Source: Myxococcota bacterium (lineage in GTDB: Bacteria; Myxococcota; Kuafuiibacteriia; Kuafuiibacteriales; Kuafuiibacteriaceae). Taken from it: DNA of 64,000 bases. Below the pieces are notes generated by a model that was not told the origin of the DNA, did not search any database, and saw only the letters and a program-made list of their open reading frames with translations. A program made the position numbers and the translations under genes. Shown here one piece after another: positions 39,283 to 55,008 of this stretch (its first letter is position 1; each line of letters starts with the position of its first letter). The stretch spans positions 8,452-72,451 of the forward strand of contig JANQQN010000055.1 of the NCBI GenBank assembly GCA_028289325.1. Reading direction: 5' to 3'.

Positions 39283-40562
39283 TGCCGCATCGCCTCTTGC
39301 GTATCGAGCTCGACATAAGCCTCCAGAAGCGCTGCCGTCACTTCGAAAGCAACCTGACCTGCGACAGGGGGATACAACGCCTCGCGGAGCCGAACGAACC
39401 AGAATCGCCCTGAACGCCACGCCACCATCTCCCGCAGCGCAGACTGCAGCCGCCGCCACGCGGCGGGGCGAAGCTCATTTGGTGGGTGAGCGTCCTCCAG
39501 CTCGACTAAACACCTGTTCGGCGACGACTCGACGTCCGATTCCTGTAGCGTGGCGGATGCCGCATCACGTCGCGTGGACCTCGCGAAGACCAGCTGTCCT
39601 CGCCACAAGTGAATGACCCCGTGCCCGTGCGGGGAATCGGCAACCAGGGTTCCCGTGGCCCGAGACTGACCGAGAGTTGCGAGCAGGTCCGGTAACGCGA
39701 TGATCGAAAAATCGCCGGCGAGACCGGTGTCCTGCACAAAGCCGCGCGGTTCGAGCCGAGAGGCCACCAACTGTCGCAAGTCGACATCGGACGCGACGGA
39801 GGGGCTCGACGACACCAGCTCGTTCTCCGCCTGGTGTAGATGACCACAAAGCGCGAGGGCTGCGACATGGTTCCATTGAACATAGGGCAGCTCGCCCCAC
39901 TCGGCCTTCATCGCCAAGAAGTGTTTCAAGGCGTCATCGAGCTTTCCGGATCCCCACAGCGTCGCGGCAAGCTCAATGCGCAAGTTCAGCGAGCGCGGCC
40001 ACGTTTCCAACGCCAGCCCCAGGAGTTCTTCGGCGCTTCGAAAGTGGTGAAGAGAGCGTAGGAACGCGGCCTTGCAGTCCAGGAACCGCTCTGAGCCCTT
40101 CGCCTCCGCGGCAAGCGCATCCAATCTGCGCCCGGCATCGATGGTGGCGCCCGCCTCGATTCCCAGGCGAATCGAATCGAGCTCGATCTCCGCGAAGAGC
40201 TCGCCGGAGAACGGCCGACAGGACTGAAGTACCTCGGTCCCTTTCGAGACCTCGTCTGCGATCATGTAGGCCGTGCCGAGAATGCGTCGAGGGAGCCACG
40301 CGGTGGGGTGGCTATGGATCGCCCGCTGTGCATGCGCTTCGATCCGCCTCACGGCCATCGCGGCATGGCGGTTGGGCGGGTGCCGGACAAGCTTGCCCAA
40401 CAGTAACTTGGCGATGTGGGTATGGCCTTCGGGCGACAGGTCGGACCGTTCGAGAACCGATGAGCGAATCGACTGAGCTAATTCGTCCGCGGAGTAGCTC
40501 GAAGCTATCCAATCGCACCCCGGCCGAGTCGCCCTCCTGAACGAGACCGCATCCCCCTTCAC
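39279..40562 (-). CDS. TPR-repeat protein with C-terminal DUF4388 (PATAN-like) domain
   Basis: GLAGDFSIIALPDLLATLGQSRATGTL...GVIHLWRGQLVFA...WRSGRFWF...ALLEA..ELD. Confidence 0.88.
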   Translation of the reverse strand: MKGDAVSFRRATRPGCDWIASSYSADELAQSIRSSVLERSDLSPEGHTHIAKLLLGKLVRHPPNRHAAMAVRRIEAHAQRAIHSHPTAWLPRRILGTAYMIADEVSKGTEVLQSCRPFSGELFAEIELDSIRLGIEAGATIDAGRRLDALAAEAKGSERFLDCKAAFLRSLHHFRSAEELLGLALETWPRSLNLRIELAATLWGSGKLDDALKHFLAMKAEWGELPYVQWNHVAALALCGHLHQAENELVSSSPSVASDVDLRQLVASRLEPRGFVQDTGLAGDFSIIALPDLLATLGQSRATGTLVADSPHGHGVIHLWRGQLVFARSTRRDAASATLQESDVESSPNRCLVELEDAHPPNELRPAAWRRLQSALREMVAWRSGRFWFVRLREALYPPVAGQVAFEVTAALLEAYVELDTQEAMRQ

Positions 40563-40675
40563 CCCACAATAGCCCTCTAGGGCGGGAGATATATCCCATC
40601 AATCCGGTGAAGAAAAGGGACGCCCAACCGCGGGGTCTCCTCGACCACCGTTGGGTTCCCCGCGGGAGCGAGCGA

Positions 40676-42868
40676 TCAAGCGGTCTTGGCCGTGCCTCCG
40701 CGAGGGGCCCAGTGCGCCAGCTTATCCTGTAGCGATCGACGGTCGATGGGCTTCGTCAGATAGTCGTCCATGCCCGCCTGCAAACACTCGTCGCGCACCC
40801 CCGGCAACGCGTTCGCGGTCAGGGCGATGATCGGGGTCCGGAAGCCGTGACGGTCGCGCAAGCGGCGAGTCGCGGCGAGACCGTCCAATACCGGCATCTG
40901 CACATCCATGAGCACGGCGGCATACGTCTCTTGTCGAGCCGCTTCAACGGCCTCTTCACCGTTGTCGACGGTCTCCGGCTCGTAGCCCAGACGACGCAAC
41001 AGATGAACCGCGAGCTTTCGGTTCACGGGGTTGTCTTCAGCGACCAGGATTCGGGGATGGTCATGCGACGCGATCGCTGGCGCCGTCTCGGCGATCGAGA
41101 CCGGGGTCTCCTCGTCCGCCGATTTCTCGACCAGAGTCGGCCATAAGCTCCCGTGCCGCAGTGGCTTCAGCAGAAGTCGAGGCTTACATCCACCGGGCCA
41201 CTCGGCGCGAAACGCGAGCCGATGCCGGATCAGGGTGACCTCTGGTCGTCGAAGAAGGTCATCGAGGTCCTCACCAGCCAGGCTTTCGTCGACGAGTGCA
41301 CGCCACACCTCGTCGCCGTCGAGGACGCTCCGCACGGCGGACATGTCGTCCGCGAAAAGGCAGTCTACGTCTTTTCCGCCGAGCTCGGTCGCGAGTTGGG
41401 CTCGCAGGCCTGAACTCGGAACCGCAACCACGATCCGGCCCGGCAGCGGCGACGGCACCGAACGTTTATCCCCGCCGAACGTCGGCATCGGGTCACTGAC
41501 GTCGAGCGGCACCTCGGCCGTAAAGCATGAGCCCCGCCCGAGGTCGCTGCGCACGGAGATTTGGCCGCCCATCAACTCGATGAGCTGCCGGCTGATCGCA
41601 AGACCGAGCCCCGTTCCGCCGTGCCGTCGGGTCGCGGACTCATCGACCTGAGAGAAGGCATGGAAAAGCCTCGGCAGCTTGTCGGGCGGAATTCCAGGCC
41701 CGGTATCGGTCACGGAGAATCGGAAAGCACCCGACGCCGTGCGTTCGAGTCGAGCGACCACCTCGCCGCTGTCGGTGAACTTCACCGCATTGCCGAGCAG
41801 ATTCACCAGCACTTGGCGAAGCCGGCCGGCGTCACTGATGACGTACCTCGGCGTCGACGGATGGACGACGAGGGCGAGCTCGAGCCCTTTTTCGTAGGCG
41901 CGGGCTGACAAAAGGTCGATGACGCGGTCCATGACCTCCGCCAAGTCCACGGGGGCTTCGTTGATTCGCAGCTTGCCAGCCTCGACCTTGGAGAAGTCGA
42001 GAATGTCGTTGATGATAGTAAGAAGCGAATCGCTACTATTTCGGATGGTCTGCGCGAAGTCCTTTTGCTCCTCGGTCATCGGCGTTTCGAGCAGCAGTTC
42101 GGTCATTCCGACGACGCCGTTCATCGGCGTGCGGATCTCGTGACTCATCGTGGCGAGAAACGTACTCTTGGCCTCGCTGGCCAGCTCCGCGGCCCGTTTG
42201 GCGCTCGCCAGCGACCGCTGGGCTTGTTCGAGCTCCGACACCTTCTGAGCGAGTTCTTGGTTGCGGCCTTCGAGCTGCCGCTCGAAGTGGTCGCGCCCAA
42301 CCTCGAACATGCACCCAAACGCGAGTAGAGCGCCGTACACCAACGCCAGTCGCAGCAGAACAGGAGACGCGTGCGGCACCACCGCGCCGGGGCTGTCGAG
42401 CCAGGCTGCGCCGATGATGTTGACCGCCAGCAACGCGACGGCCAAGATCGCCCCTAAGCGGGCGCCGAGAAAGAACACTGCGACCAGCGGGAAGGAACAC
42501 AACCAGATGATCCCCGTACCGTTGGCTCCCCCCCAAAAGACAAGACAAGTGAAGAACACCGATACGCCGGTCAGGCCGATGTAGCTGACGATCCGCTCGT
42601 CGAGGCCGCTTCGCAGTCCGAGCAGCAACCCGACCAACACGGTGCCGAAGCCGAAATCGATGGTGGCGAGAAACCGGTCCCCGCAATAACTATTGTAGGC
42701 GCCCATGAAGACCAGGTAGCCGACGGCGACGTACAAGATGAACTTGATCACTTTTCGGCGTCGACGACGCAAGTGATCCTCTTGGCACGGCCGCGCGAGC
42801 AGGTCGCTCGTGCGCACGCCTCGCCCCGGTCGGCTCGACCGGCGCGCAACCGCGACAAGATGGTCCAT
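40676..42868 (-). CDS. Membrane-bound hybrid sensor histidine kinase/response regulator
   Basis: About 6 TM helices; FLATMSHEIRTPMNG; NAVKFT, DTGPG, GGTGLGL; degenerate receiver then EDN...MDVQMP...KP receiver. Confidence 0.95.
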   Translation of the reverse strand: MDHLVAVARRSSRPGRGVRTSDLLARPCQEDHLRRRRRKVIKFILYVAVGYLVFMGAYNSYCGDRFLATIDFGFGTVLVGLLLGLRSGLDERIVSYIGLTGVSVFFTCLVFWGGANGTGIIWLCSFPLVAVFFLGARLGAILAVALLAVNIIGAAWLDSPGAVVPHASPVLLRLALVYGALLAFGCMFEVGRDHFERQLEGRNQELAQKVSELEQAQRSLASAKRAAELASEAKSTFLATMSHEIRTPMNGVVGMTELLLETPMTEEQKDFAQTIRNSSDSLLTIINDILDFSKVEAGKLRINEAPVDLAEVMDRVIDLLSARAYEKGLELALVVHPSTPRYVISDAGRLRQVLVNLLGNAVKFTDSGEVVARLERTASGAFRFSVTDTGPGIPPDKLPRLFHAFSQVDESATRRHGGTGLGLAISRQLIELMGGQISVRSDLGRGSCFTAEVPLDVSDPMPTFGGDKRSVPSPLPGRIVVAVPSSGLRAQLATELGGKDVDCLFADDMSAVRSVLDGDEVWRALVDESLAGEDLDDLLRRPEVTLIRHRLAFRAEWPGGCKPRLLLKPLRHGSLWPTLVEKSADEETPVSIAETAPAIASHDHPRILVAEDNPVNRKLAVHLLRRLGYEPETVDNGEEAVEAARQETYAAVLMDVQMPVLDGLAATRRLRDRHGFRTPIIALTANALPGVRDECLQAGMDDYLTKPIDRRSLQDKLAHWAPRGGTAKTA

Positions 42869-42972
42869 AGCCCCAACGTACGGGTTCGGCCCAGTCTAAA
42901 CGGTCTTGAGGATGTCTCGGAGCCGCGGCAAACAACACGCCGCTTCAAGGCGCGCATGATACACCTTGGGCC

Positions 42973-43644
42973 GTGACGACATTCTGCAATGAAGCATGGC
43001 TGCGAAACGCCGGCCTCATCGAATCCATCGAACAGCACGCCTTCAATCGGGAGCTGGCCGCCAGCGATCTCGCGCCGGACCGCTTTCAACGCTATGTGAT
43101 TCAGGACAGCCTATACCTCAAGCGCTATGGTCAAGTGTTGGCGCTTTGCGGCGCGAAGGCCTCGACGCAAGAAGACCTCGCCTTCTTTACCGCGTCCGCT
43201 GGCGAAGCGATCCGGGTCGAGCAGTCGATGCACGGCGACTTCCTCGATCAGTTCGGGGTGTCCGCAGCCGAGCTCGCTGACGCAAAACCGTCCCCGGTTT
43301 GCCGAGCGTATACCGATTTCTTGCTCGCGAGCGCGTGGGGCGAGCCGTATCCCGTCGCGGTCGCGGCCACCCTGCCGTGCTTTTGGGTCTACGGGCACAT
43401 CGGCCGCAACATCGCTCGCCGCACCGTCGACAACAATCGCTATCGTGCTTGGATCGATACCTACTCTGACCCCGGCTTCGCCCAAGCCGTCGAGCAGATC
43501 AAGACGATCACCGATCGCGTCGCGGCCGAAGCGGACCAAGCCACCATCGTCGCCATGCACGAAGCTTTTCGACTCTCGACCCTATACGAGTACATGTTTT
43601 GGGACTCCGCCTACGCGGGGGCCGACTGGCCGCTCATGGGCTGA
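42973..43644 (+). CDS. tenA: TenA/thiaminase II family protein
   Basis: YVIQDSLYL, LPCFWVY (catalytic Cys), YRAWIDTY, YEYMFWDSAY. Confidence 0.9.
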   Translation: MTTFCNEAWLRNAGLIESIEQHAFNRELAASDLAPDRFQRYVIQDSLYLKRYGQVLALCGAKASTQEDLAFFTASAGEAIRVEQSMHGDFLDQFGVSAAELADAKPSPVCRAYTDFLLASAWGEPYPVAVAATLPCFWVYGHIGRNIARRTVDNNRYRAWIDTYSDPGFAQAVEQIKTITDRVAAEADQATIVAMHEAFRLSTLYEYMFWDSAYAGADWPLMG

Positions 43645-43688
43645 TGCTCGGCCCTCTCGCTCGCTCGTATCGAACGAGAGGCGCGAGT

Positions 43689-45404
43689 CTAGGCGGCGGG
43701 AGCTTCGCTATCCAACCCGTGAGATGGAAGCCGGTTCAAGACGAACGATGGCTTCGGGATCTCGACCTGCAGATCGGGATAGAAATCCTCGAAGTCTGGG
43801 CGTGATTTGGCCTCCAGCTGCCGTCCAACATACTGCGCCGGCGCGAGATCGAAGGTCAGCCCATGAGCTTTGAAGTCTCCGCTGAGGCGGTGTTGCAGCT
43901 GCTCCAATCGAACCAATGTGGACAGATATGCGCTTCGCCACACTTCGAGAAACAGCCGGTGATCCATCGGGTTGTTGGCGAGCAGCCTACGCTGCCGATT
44001 GGAAGGCAAGAACGTGAACACGCTGACTTCCGGATAGCGACGAAGCACCCAGTTGCGAGCGTTCTCGAAGCGGGTATACGAGATGGTTCGAACGCTTTGA
44101 TCCAGGTGGTAGAGCAGGCCGCGAGACCGGGCATAACCAGGTTCTTTTGAAACGTAAGGAACAAAAGGATCGATCACAACCACCAACGTGGCCTCGCGCC
44201 GGATCGCTTCCACGAAGTTCGACGTCCGCGTCACCGCGCCGTCTTCGTAGTATCGACCTTCGATCTCTACCGACGGAAACACCGGAGCGAAACTCAAGGA
44301 AGCCTGCGCAGCTTTGCTGATCGGAACGTGGTTGTGCATCTCCGCCCCAAACAGCACGTGTTGCCGAGCGTCTTGATCCGACGCACCGATGTATAGCTCG
44401 GATACGAGCTCACGGAAGTCATTGGTCGTACCCGGCACCTCCAGCGCCAGGCGGAGCATCTCTTCGAAGGCATCGGATCGAAACAGAGGCTGAACGAAGT
44501 CGCTGTACTCGAGAAAGAAGTCGTCGAGAGAGCGACGCGCGCTCCTACGCACTATGCTCACCAGCCATTTCACCGCGGCTTGGAGCGCTCTCTTCGACCG
44601 GGACAGCGCGTGACGATAGTTGAGATGACCGATCTTCAGCAGCCGAAGGTTGAGCGGGGGCATTCGGGTGTCGCGATGACCGACCAGGCTGGCCATGAAT
44701 TCGTCGACCGAATACCCGACCGCGAGCGTGCTTGCGACCACGGCGCCCGCGCTGATCCCAAACAGCATCTGCATCCGATTCAGCGCCCCGGGCGGCAGGC
44801 AATCGCTCAAGCACTTGAGAACGCCGAGCTCGAAGTAGATGCCCGTGATACCCCCACCCGACAGGCAAAGCGCCGTCTTGTCGACCCGCCGGGTCTGGAT
44901 CATCCGGCAAGACTCCACCAAGGCACGCACCGAAAATGGCATCCCGTCCCTAGGCGCGCCGCCATCGCGGAGGACCTGACGAACCCCGTGTGCCCCGAGC
45001 TGCAACAGGAAAGCGTCGACGGCGGGGCCGTCAACGTCGGAGACGAGGGCGACGATGCGATGAAAACCATACCGAGCCTCGACATCTTCGCGGTGGTCGA
45101 GCTGCTTAAGAAGCTCGATGCTCTCCTCCGCCCGTAGACTGAACCGGGTACCGTCGCTCAAGGGACGAACGTCGACCAGCACGAGATTCGCATACTCGTG
45201 CTCGAGGCGTTGGCGGACGGCCACGGGCGTTCGCTCGTGAGCGAGCGTCACCGTAAGCTCATCGATGCTCACCCGAACCGCCCCCGGCATCCAGGTCACG
45301 TCGTGTCCCGATTCCTCAAGCTCGCACGCGAATACGCGAAGCGCATCGCGGGACGGCGCGAAGTAGATGATGTGGCGCTCACCTATGCAGCTGGGAGAAT
45401 TCAT
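43689..45404 (-). CDS. Cytoplasmic patatin-like esterase with N-terminal receiver-like region
   Basis: LSGGGITG, GISAG, EDGA motifs; no signal peptide. Confidence 0.88.
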   Translation of the reverse strand: MNSPSCIGERHIIYFAPSRDALRVFACELEESGHDVTWMPGAVRVSIDELTVTLAHERTPVAVRQRLEHEYANLVLVDVRPLSDGTRFSLRAEESIELLKQLDHREDVEARYGFHRIVALVSDVDGPAVDAFLLQLGAHGVRQVLRDGGAPRDGMPFSVRALVESCRMIQTRRVDKTALCLSGGGITGIYFELGVLKCLSDCLPPGALNRMQMLFGISAGAVVASTLAVGYSVDEFMASLVGHRDTRMPPLNLRLLKIGHLNYRHALSRSKRALQAAVKWLVSIVRRSARRSLDDFFLEYSDFVQPLFRSDAFEEMLRLALEVPGTTNDFRELVSELYIGASDQDARQHVLFGAEMHNHVPISKAAQASLSFAPVFPSVEIEGRYYEDGAVTRTSNFVEAIRREATLVVVIDPFVPYVSKEPGYARSRGLLYHLDQSVRTISYTRFENARNWVLRRYPEVSVFTFLPSNRQRRLLANNPMDHRLFLEVWRSAYLSTLVRLEQLQHRLSGDFKAHGLTFDLAPAQYVGRQLEAKSRPDFEDFYPDLQVEIPKPSFVLNRLPSHGLDSEAPAA

Positions 45405-45740
45405 TAGGGTCGCCTCACGAAAAGAAGTCTACCGCGCCACGTCATAACGCACTAGCTCAACGCGGCCGAGACCTCGCCGATCCGCGCGATGGACGGCCCT
45501 CGTATTCTTCTCCGCGATTTTCATGATCCGCACCGGTTCCCGCTCATCACTTCGCGAAGACGGTGCCGCCGAAGCGCAACGACGCCTAGGTCTGCCTCCC
45601 ATGTCGGTGACCGAACGTCCCTCATTGACCGGCGAGCAAGCACGAAACTCGGCGCGGCGCCGGCTCGGCAGTCTGGTGTCAGCTCTCTTGTCCACGTTTT
45701 GCGATCGATCTGCCCCGCCGGATCGGATCAGTATTCGCGC

Positions 45741-46274
45741 GTGGCGAGATACCGAATGCTCTGCGGGGCACTAACACTTCTGTTGGCATGCGGCGGGTCC
45801 GACGGCCCCGACACGGGATCGAACAGCGGTCTGCCGCTCACCCAGCTGGAAGAGTCGATGCTTGGCACCTGGATTCGAAGTGCTTCGAATGAGACGGAGT
45901 ACTATATCTTCGAAGAAGGCCGGCTGGCCTGCCGCTTTACCCGCCTCGGCGACAACTTCACTTCCCGAGCATTCGAAGTGAAGATCACCGACTAGGCCCT
46001 GGACGAAGAGAACCCCGAGACCGATGAGAACAGCGCGTTGATTCCGGAAGGAAGCACACTCATTCCATTGAGCTATCAGGCGGTCGGTGGAGACTTCTTT
46101 GACTTCGATAGATACGTCGTCGAGACCGATGCATTCGTCACGAACTACGTACCCGAAAGAATCGCCCGACGGGTGAGCATCTTCTCTTGGAATAGCGCGC
46201 GAATCGCCTGCGACGACCGCGCAATCGGGAGCACCGGAACCAACGAACGACGCGGAACCAGGGCCGATGACTGA
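45741..46274 (+). pseudogene. Lipoprotein gene interrupted by an in-frame TAG
   Basis: LTLLLAC lipobox; ...VKITD*ALDEENP... TAG 45993-45995 reads in frame into the listed 46038-46274 ORF. Confidence 0.65.
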
Positions 46275-46726
46275 ACCGTCGACGCGCTCGTAACGATGAA
46301 CAGACGTATCCTACGAGGCGCCGATGCGTCTATATTGAGTGGATACATTGCCGAACCACGGCCACCCGCCTTCCCTCGAGACGGGCCGGCCACCTCGGCG
46401 TGGGGAGCCGTGGGGAGCGGAGCAGAATGAGCGACGCATTCCGCCACCGTGCTCAGGAATCGGATACCCTCTTACCTCTTGGCGCCCTTAGTCCGACCGG
46501 ACCGGCGGCTAAGACTTCCACGGAGTCGCGCTGAAGGCCGCCCGCAGGAGCGCGTCTGATAGACCTTGCGAACAAGATGTCAACGCGCACTGCGACGCCC
46601 GATAACGCGTTGCGCTGCATTGAATGCCCGCCAGGTACCGGACGTCGGTCGCCGGTCGATTGCTCTCGCGAATGAGTCCGCCTAGCATCGGCGAGTCACC
46701 CTCGAAACAAGGACGGATAGTGGAGT

Positions 46727-52294
<5,568 letters not shown>

Positions 52295-52375
52295 ATCACT
52301 TGCGCCTCGGCGTTAGCCTCATGAATGGCGCCTTGACCGCGTTCGTGCTCAAGGCGCCGTACGACCCGCTCCGCA

Positions 52376-52580
52376 CTAGAACAGCTTGGTGACCGTCACC
52401 TGGCCGCCGAGAGAGAAGACCGACGACACGGTGGGCGACAAGCCAGGATTCTCCAGCGATACCAGGTACATCCGAGGCCCACGCCAAGCCCGACGCCCCA
52501 GCCGGCAGCAAGAGCGAACTCCAGACCCCGTGCAGGGATGCATGGTTGTCCATGGAACCCGCGAAGCCCACCATTTGGGC
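52376..52580 (-). pseudogene. Possible frameshifted remnant of an outer-membrane beta-barrel C-terminus
   Basis: GLEFALAAGWGVGLGVG in one frame and PRMYLVSL...VFSLGGQVTVTKLF* (terminal Phe) in another. Confidence 0.25.
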
Positions 52581-52653
52581 ACAGACTCGGTGAATTGATC
52601 GGATGTCTGAACCGAGACCTCCGGCTCTCACGACAACGACGCGGCGCCGGGGG

Positions 52654-54957
52654 TCACCACAGCTCGGCGTCGGTGCCTACGGACGCCGAGCCCGCCGCGT
52701 CCGCGACGTACGCGGCATCTTCGGGCGACGGCTCCAACGGCGACTCGACCGGCTGCAACGCAACGCACCGATGAAGAACATCCAGCACGGATTCGACGGA
52801 CAGGGGCTTGGGCAGGAACTCGTTCATGCCCGCGTCTTCGCAGCGCTTGCGATCCGCCGACGAGACATAGGCAGTTGCGGCGACGATCGGCAGGCGGGAA
52901 CCGATAGTCCGCCGGATGGTTCGCGTCGCTTCCCAGCCGTCCATGCGGGGCATCTCGCAATCCATGAATACGAGGTCGTATTGGTTCTCCTCGACCATCG
53001 CCACCGCCTCTACTCCGTCCTCGGCGAGATCGACCGCGTAGCCTTGTTTCGAGACGATTCGCCGCAGGAGGAGTCGATTGATCCGATCGTCATCGACGAC
53101 CAATACTCTGCCGCTCCGAGGGGCCATCAATGGTGGCTCGACCGGCTCGACGGCAAAGCAACGCTGGAGAACATCCAGCACGGATTCGACGGACAGGGGC
53201 TTGGGCAGAAACTCGTTCATGCCCGCGTCTTCGCAGCGCTTGCGATCCGACGACGAGACATAGGCGGTAGCGGCGATGATCGGCAGGCGGGAACCAATGG
53301 TCCGCCGGATGGTTCGCGTCGCTTCCCAGCCGTCCATGCGGGGCATCTCGCAATCCATGAATACGAGGCCGTATTGATTCTCTTCGACCATCGCCACCGC
53401 CTCTACCCCGTCCTCCGCGAGATCGACCGCGTAGCCTTGCTTCGAGACGATTCGCCGCAAGAGCATTCGATTGATCCGATCGTCATCGACCACCAACACT
53501 CTTCCGCTCCGAGGAGCCATCGACTCTCCGTACGTTCGAACGCTGCCGCCCAGCCGCGCCGGAACCCGGATGATGAATCGACTCCCTTTCCCGAGCGCGC
53601 TTTCCAACCGAATGTCGCCCTCGAGCAGGGTTACGACTTTGCGCACGATGGCCAACCCGACCCCGGTACCTCCTATCCTCCGGGTCGATGAATCGTCACC
53701 TTGCGTGAACATCTCGAAGATGCGTTCGTGGTCGGCGGCCGCAATACCGGGACCGGTATCCGCCACTTCGACCTCTACCGTTCCCATCTGTCCGCCGTTG
53801 GGCTCGAATCGAAGGCCGAGCGTCACCCGCCCGCAATCGGTAAACTTCACGGCATTATCGAGCAGACGCTGGGCCGCCTGTACCAGCCTCGGGCCATCGA
53901 TCACGATCCGGCGCGGGAATCCGCTCGCGACGTCGGTCCGTAGCTCTAGGCCCTTTCGTTTCGCATCCTCGGCCACGGTAACCATGGACAGACGAAACTC
54001 ATCGACGAGATCGACGTTCGACGGCGTTGCCTTGGTCTCGTCATCCGTGACGGCGACGAAGTCCAGTACCTCTCCAAGGATGCCGGTAAGTCGGCTGGAC
54101 GAGCGCTGCAGGACATCTATGAGCGCGTCGAAGTCCTCCGGATGGCGTTCCGCGCGCAGCGCCGAACTCGCGCCGGTAATCCCGTTTAGCGGCGTTCGGA
54201 TTTCATGACTGATCACCCGCAAGAAGCGCTGGCGAACCTCGAGCGCAGCTGAGACCTGGTCATAGGCCGCCTTGAGCTCCTGATGTTTGAAGTTGAGCTC
54301 TTTCTGTTGAAGTACCAACTCTTGCAGCGCGCTCCGGGAAGCGAACACGCTTCGGTACATTCGACCCAACCGGCTCCACATCGTCGTCGATTGCGGCGGG
54401 GTCACGACGTAGGTCGCCTGCCGACCGGTCATTGACCACGCGACATCCGCTAGCTCCAACCCGAGGATGAGAGGCAGTCCCTGCAACACACCCGAAGTAA
54501 ATCGAAAAAACTCCGGCGACACTTCGTAGGGTTCGGGGATCTCGATCTCTATCCAAATCTGGCCGCCAGGCAGACTCTTCTGCGCCACATTTAGGTGGGA
54601 GAAAGTTCGCTCCAGCCCGAAACGATTGCCCAAGGTGTAGAGTAGTTGGGGACTCGCAACGACAGACAGCGCTTTCCCGACTGCGCCACCGAGCGGCAGT
54701 CTGCGCGGATCTTTTGCCCAGTCTTCGAGTCTTACTCCTATTGAAAGCATCATCGACTCTGCGCGTCGATAGAGCTCGCAGATATCTCTCCATGCGAATC
54801 GTCCGCGATATCCGATGAGATGCTCCAACCCTTCGCGGAATATGACGTCTTCGTCACCTACCGCCGCTTTGGACACAGACCGAAAGTCTTCAAGGGATTC
54901 CGCGGCTACCTCTTTACCGCGCGCGAGTCCATCTATGTCCTCAGCATTCAATTTCAC
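52654..54957 (-). CDS. Soluble hybrid histidine kinase with H-NOX/V4R-like N-terminal region and two near-identical receiver domains
   Basis: ISHEIRTPLNG, NAVKFT, DTGPG, GGTGVGL; two DDD...MDCEMP...KP receivers; sensor fold assignment tentative. Confidence 0.92.
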   Translation of the reverse strand: MKLNAEDIDGLARGKEVAAESLEDFRSVSKAAVGDEDVIFREGLEHLIGYRGRFAWRDICELYRRAESMMLSIGVRLEDWAKDPRRLPLGGAVGKALSVVASPQLLYTLGNRFGLERTFSHLNVAQKSLPGGQIWIEIEIPEPYEVSPEFFRFTSGVLQGLPLILGLELADVAWSMTGRQATYVVTPPQSTTMWSRLGRMYRSVFASRSALQELVLQQKELNFKHQELKAAYDQVSAALEVRQRFLRVISHEIRTPLNGITGASSALRAERHPEDFDALIDVLQRSSSRLTGILGEVLDFVAVTDDETKATPSNVDLVDEFRLSMVTVAEDAKRKGLELRTDVASGFPRRIVIDGPRLVQAAQRLLDNAVKFTDCGRVTLGLRFEPNGGQMGTVEVEVADTGPGIAAADHERIFEMFTQGDDSSTRRIGGTGVGLAIVRKVVTLLEGDIRLESALGKGSRFIIRVPARLGGSVRTYGESMAPRSGRVLVVDDDRINRMLLRRIVSKQGYAVDLAEDGVEAVAMVEENQYGLVFMDCEMPRMDGWEATRTIRRTIGSRLPIIAATAYVSSSDRKRCEDAGMNEFLPKPLSVESVLDVLQRCFAVEPVEPPLMAPRSGRVLVVDDDRINRLLLRRIVSKQGYAVDLAEDGVEAVAMVEENQYDLVFMDCEMPRMDGWEATRTIRRTIGSRLPIVAATAYVSSADRKRCEDAGMNEFLPKPLSVESVLDVLHRCVALQPVESPLEPSPEDAAYVADAAGSASVGTDAELW
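52735..53520. repeat. Tandem duplication, two copies of a 393-bp unit (receiver domain)
   Basis: ACATCCAGCACGGATTCGACGGACAGGGGCTTGGGCAG occurs at 52778 and 53171; the match continues with scattered substitutions to GCCAT ending at 53127 and 53520. Confidence 0.95.
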
Positions 54958-55008
54958 CCTCTGTCGCGTGTAGGTTTCGGATGCGCGTGATGGCAGGAGG
55001 CCACGTCA

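Noticed and set aside
42869-42972. TPP riboswitch ahead of tenA
   Set aside because: No CTGAGA or AGCGT/GGGAA core motifs in the 104-bp gap.
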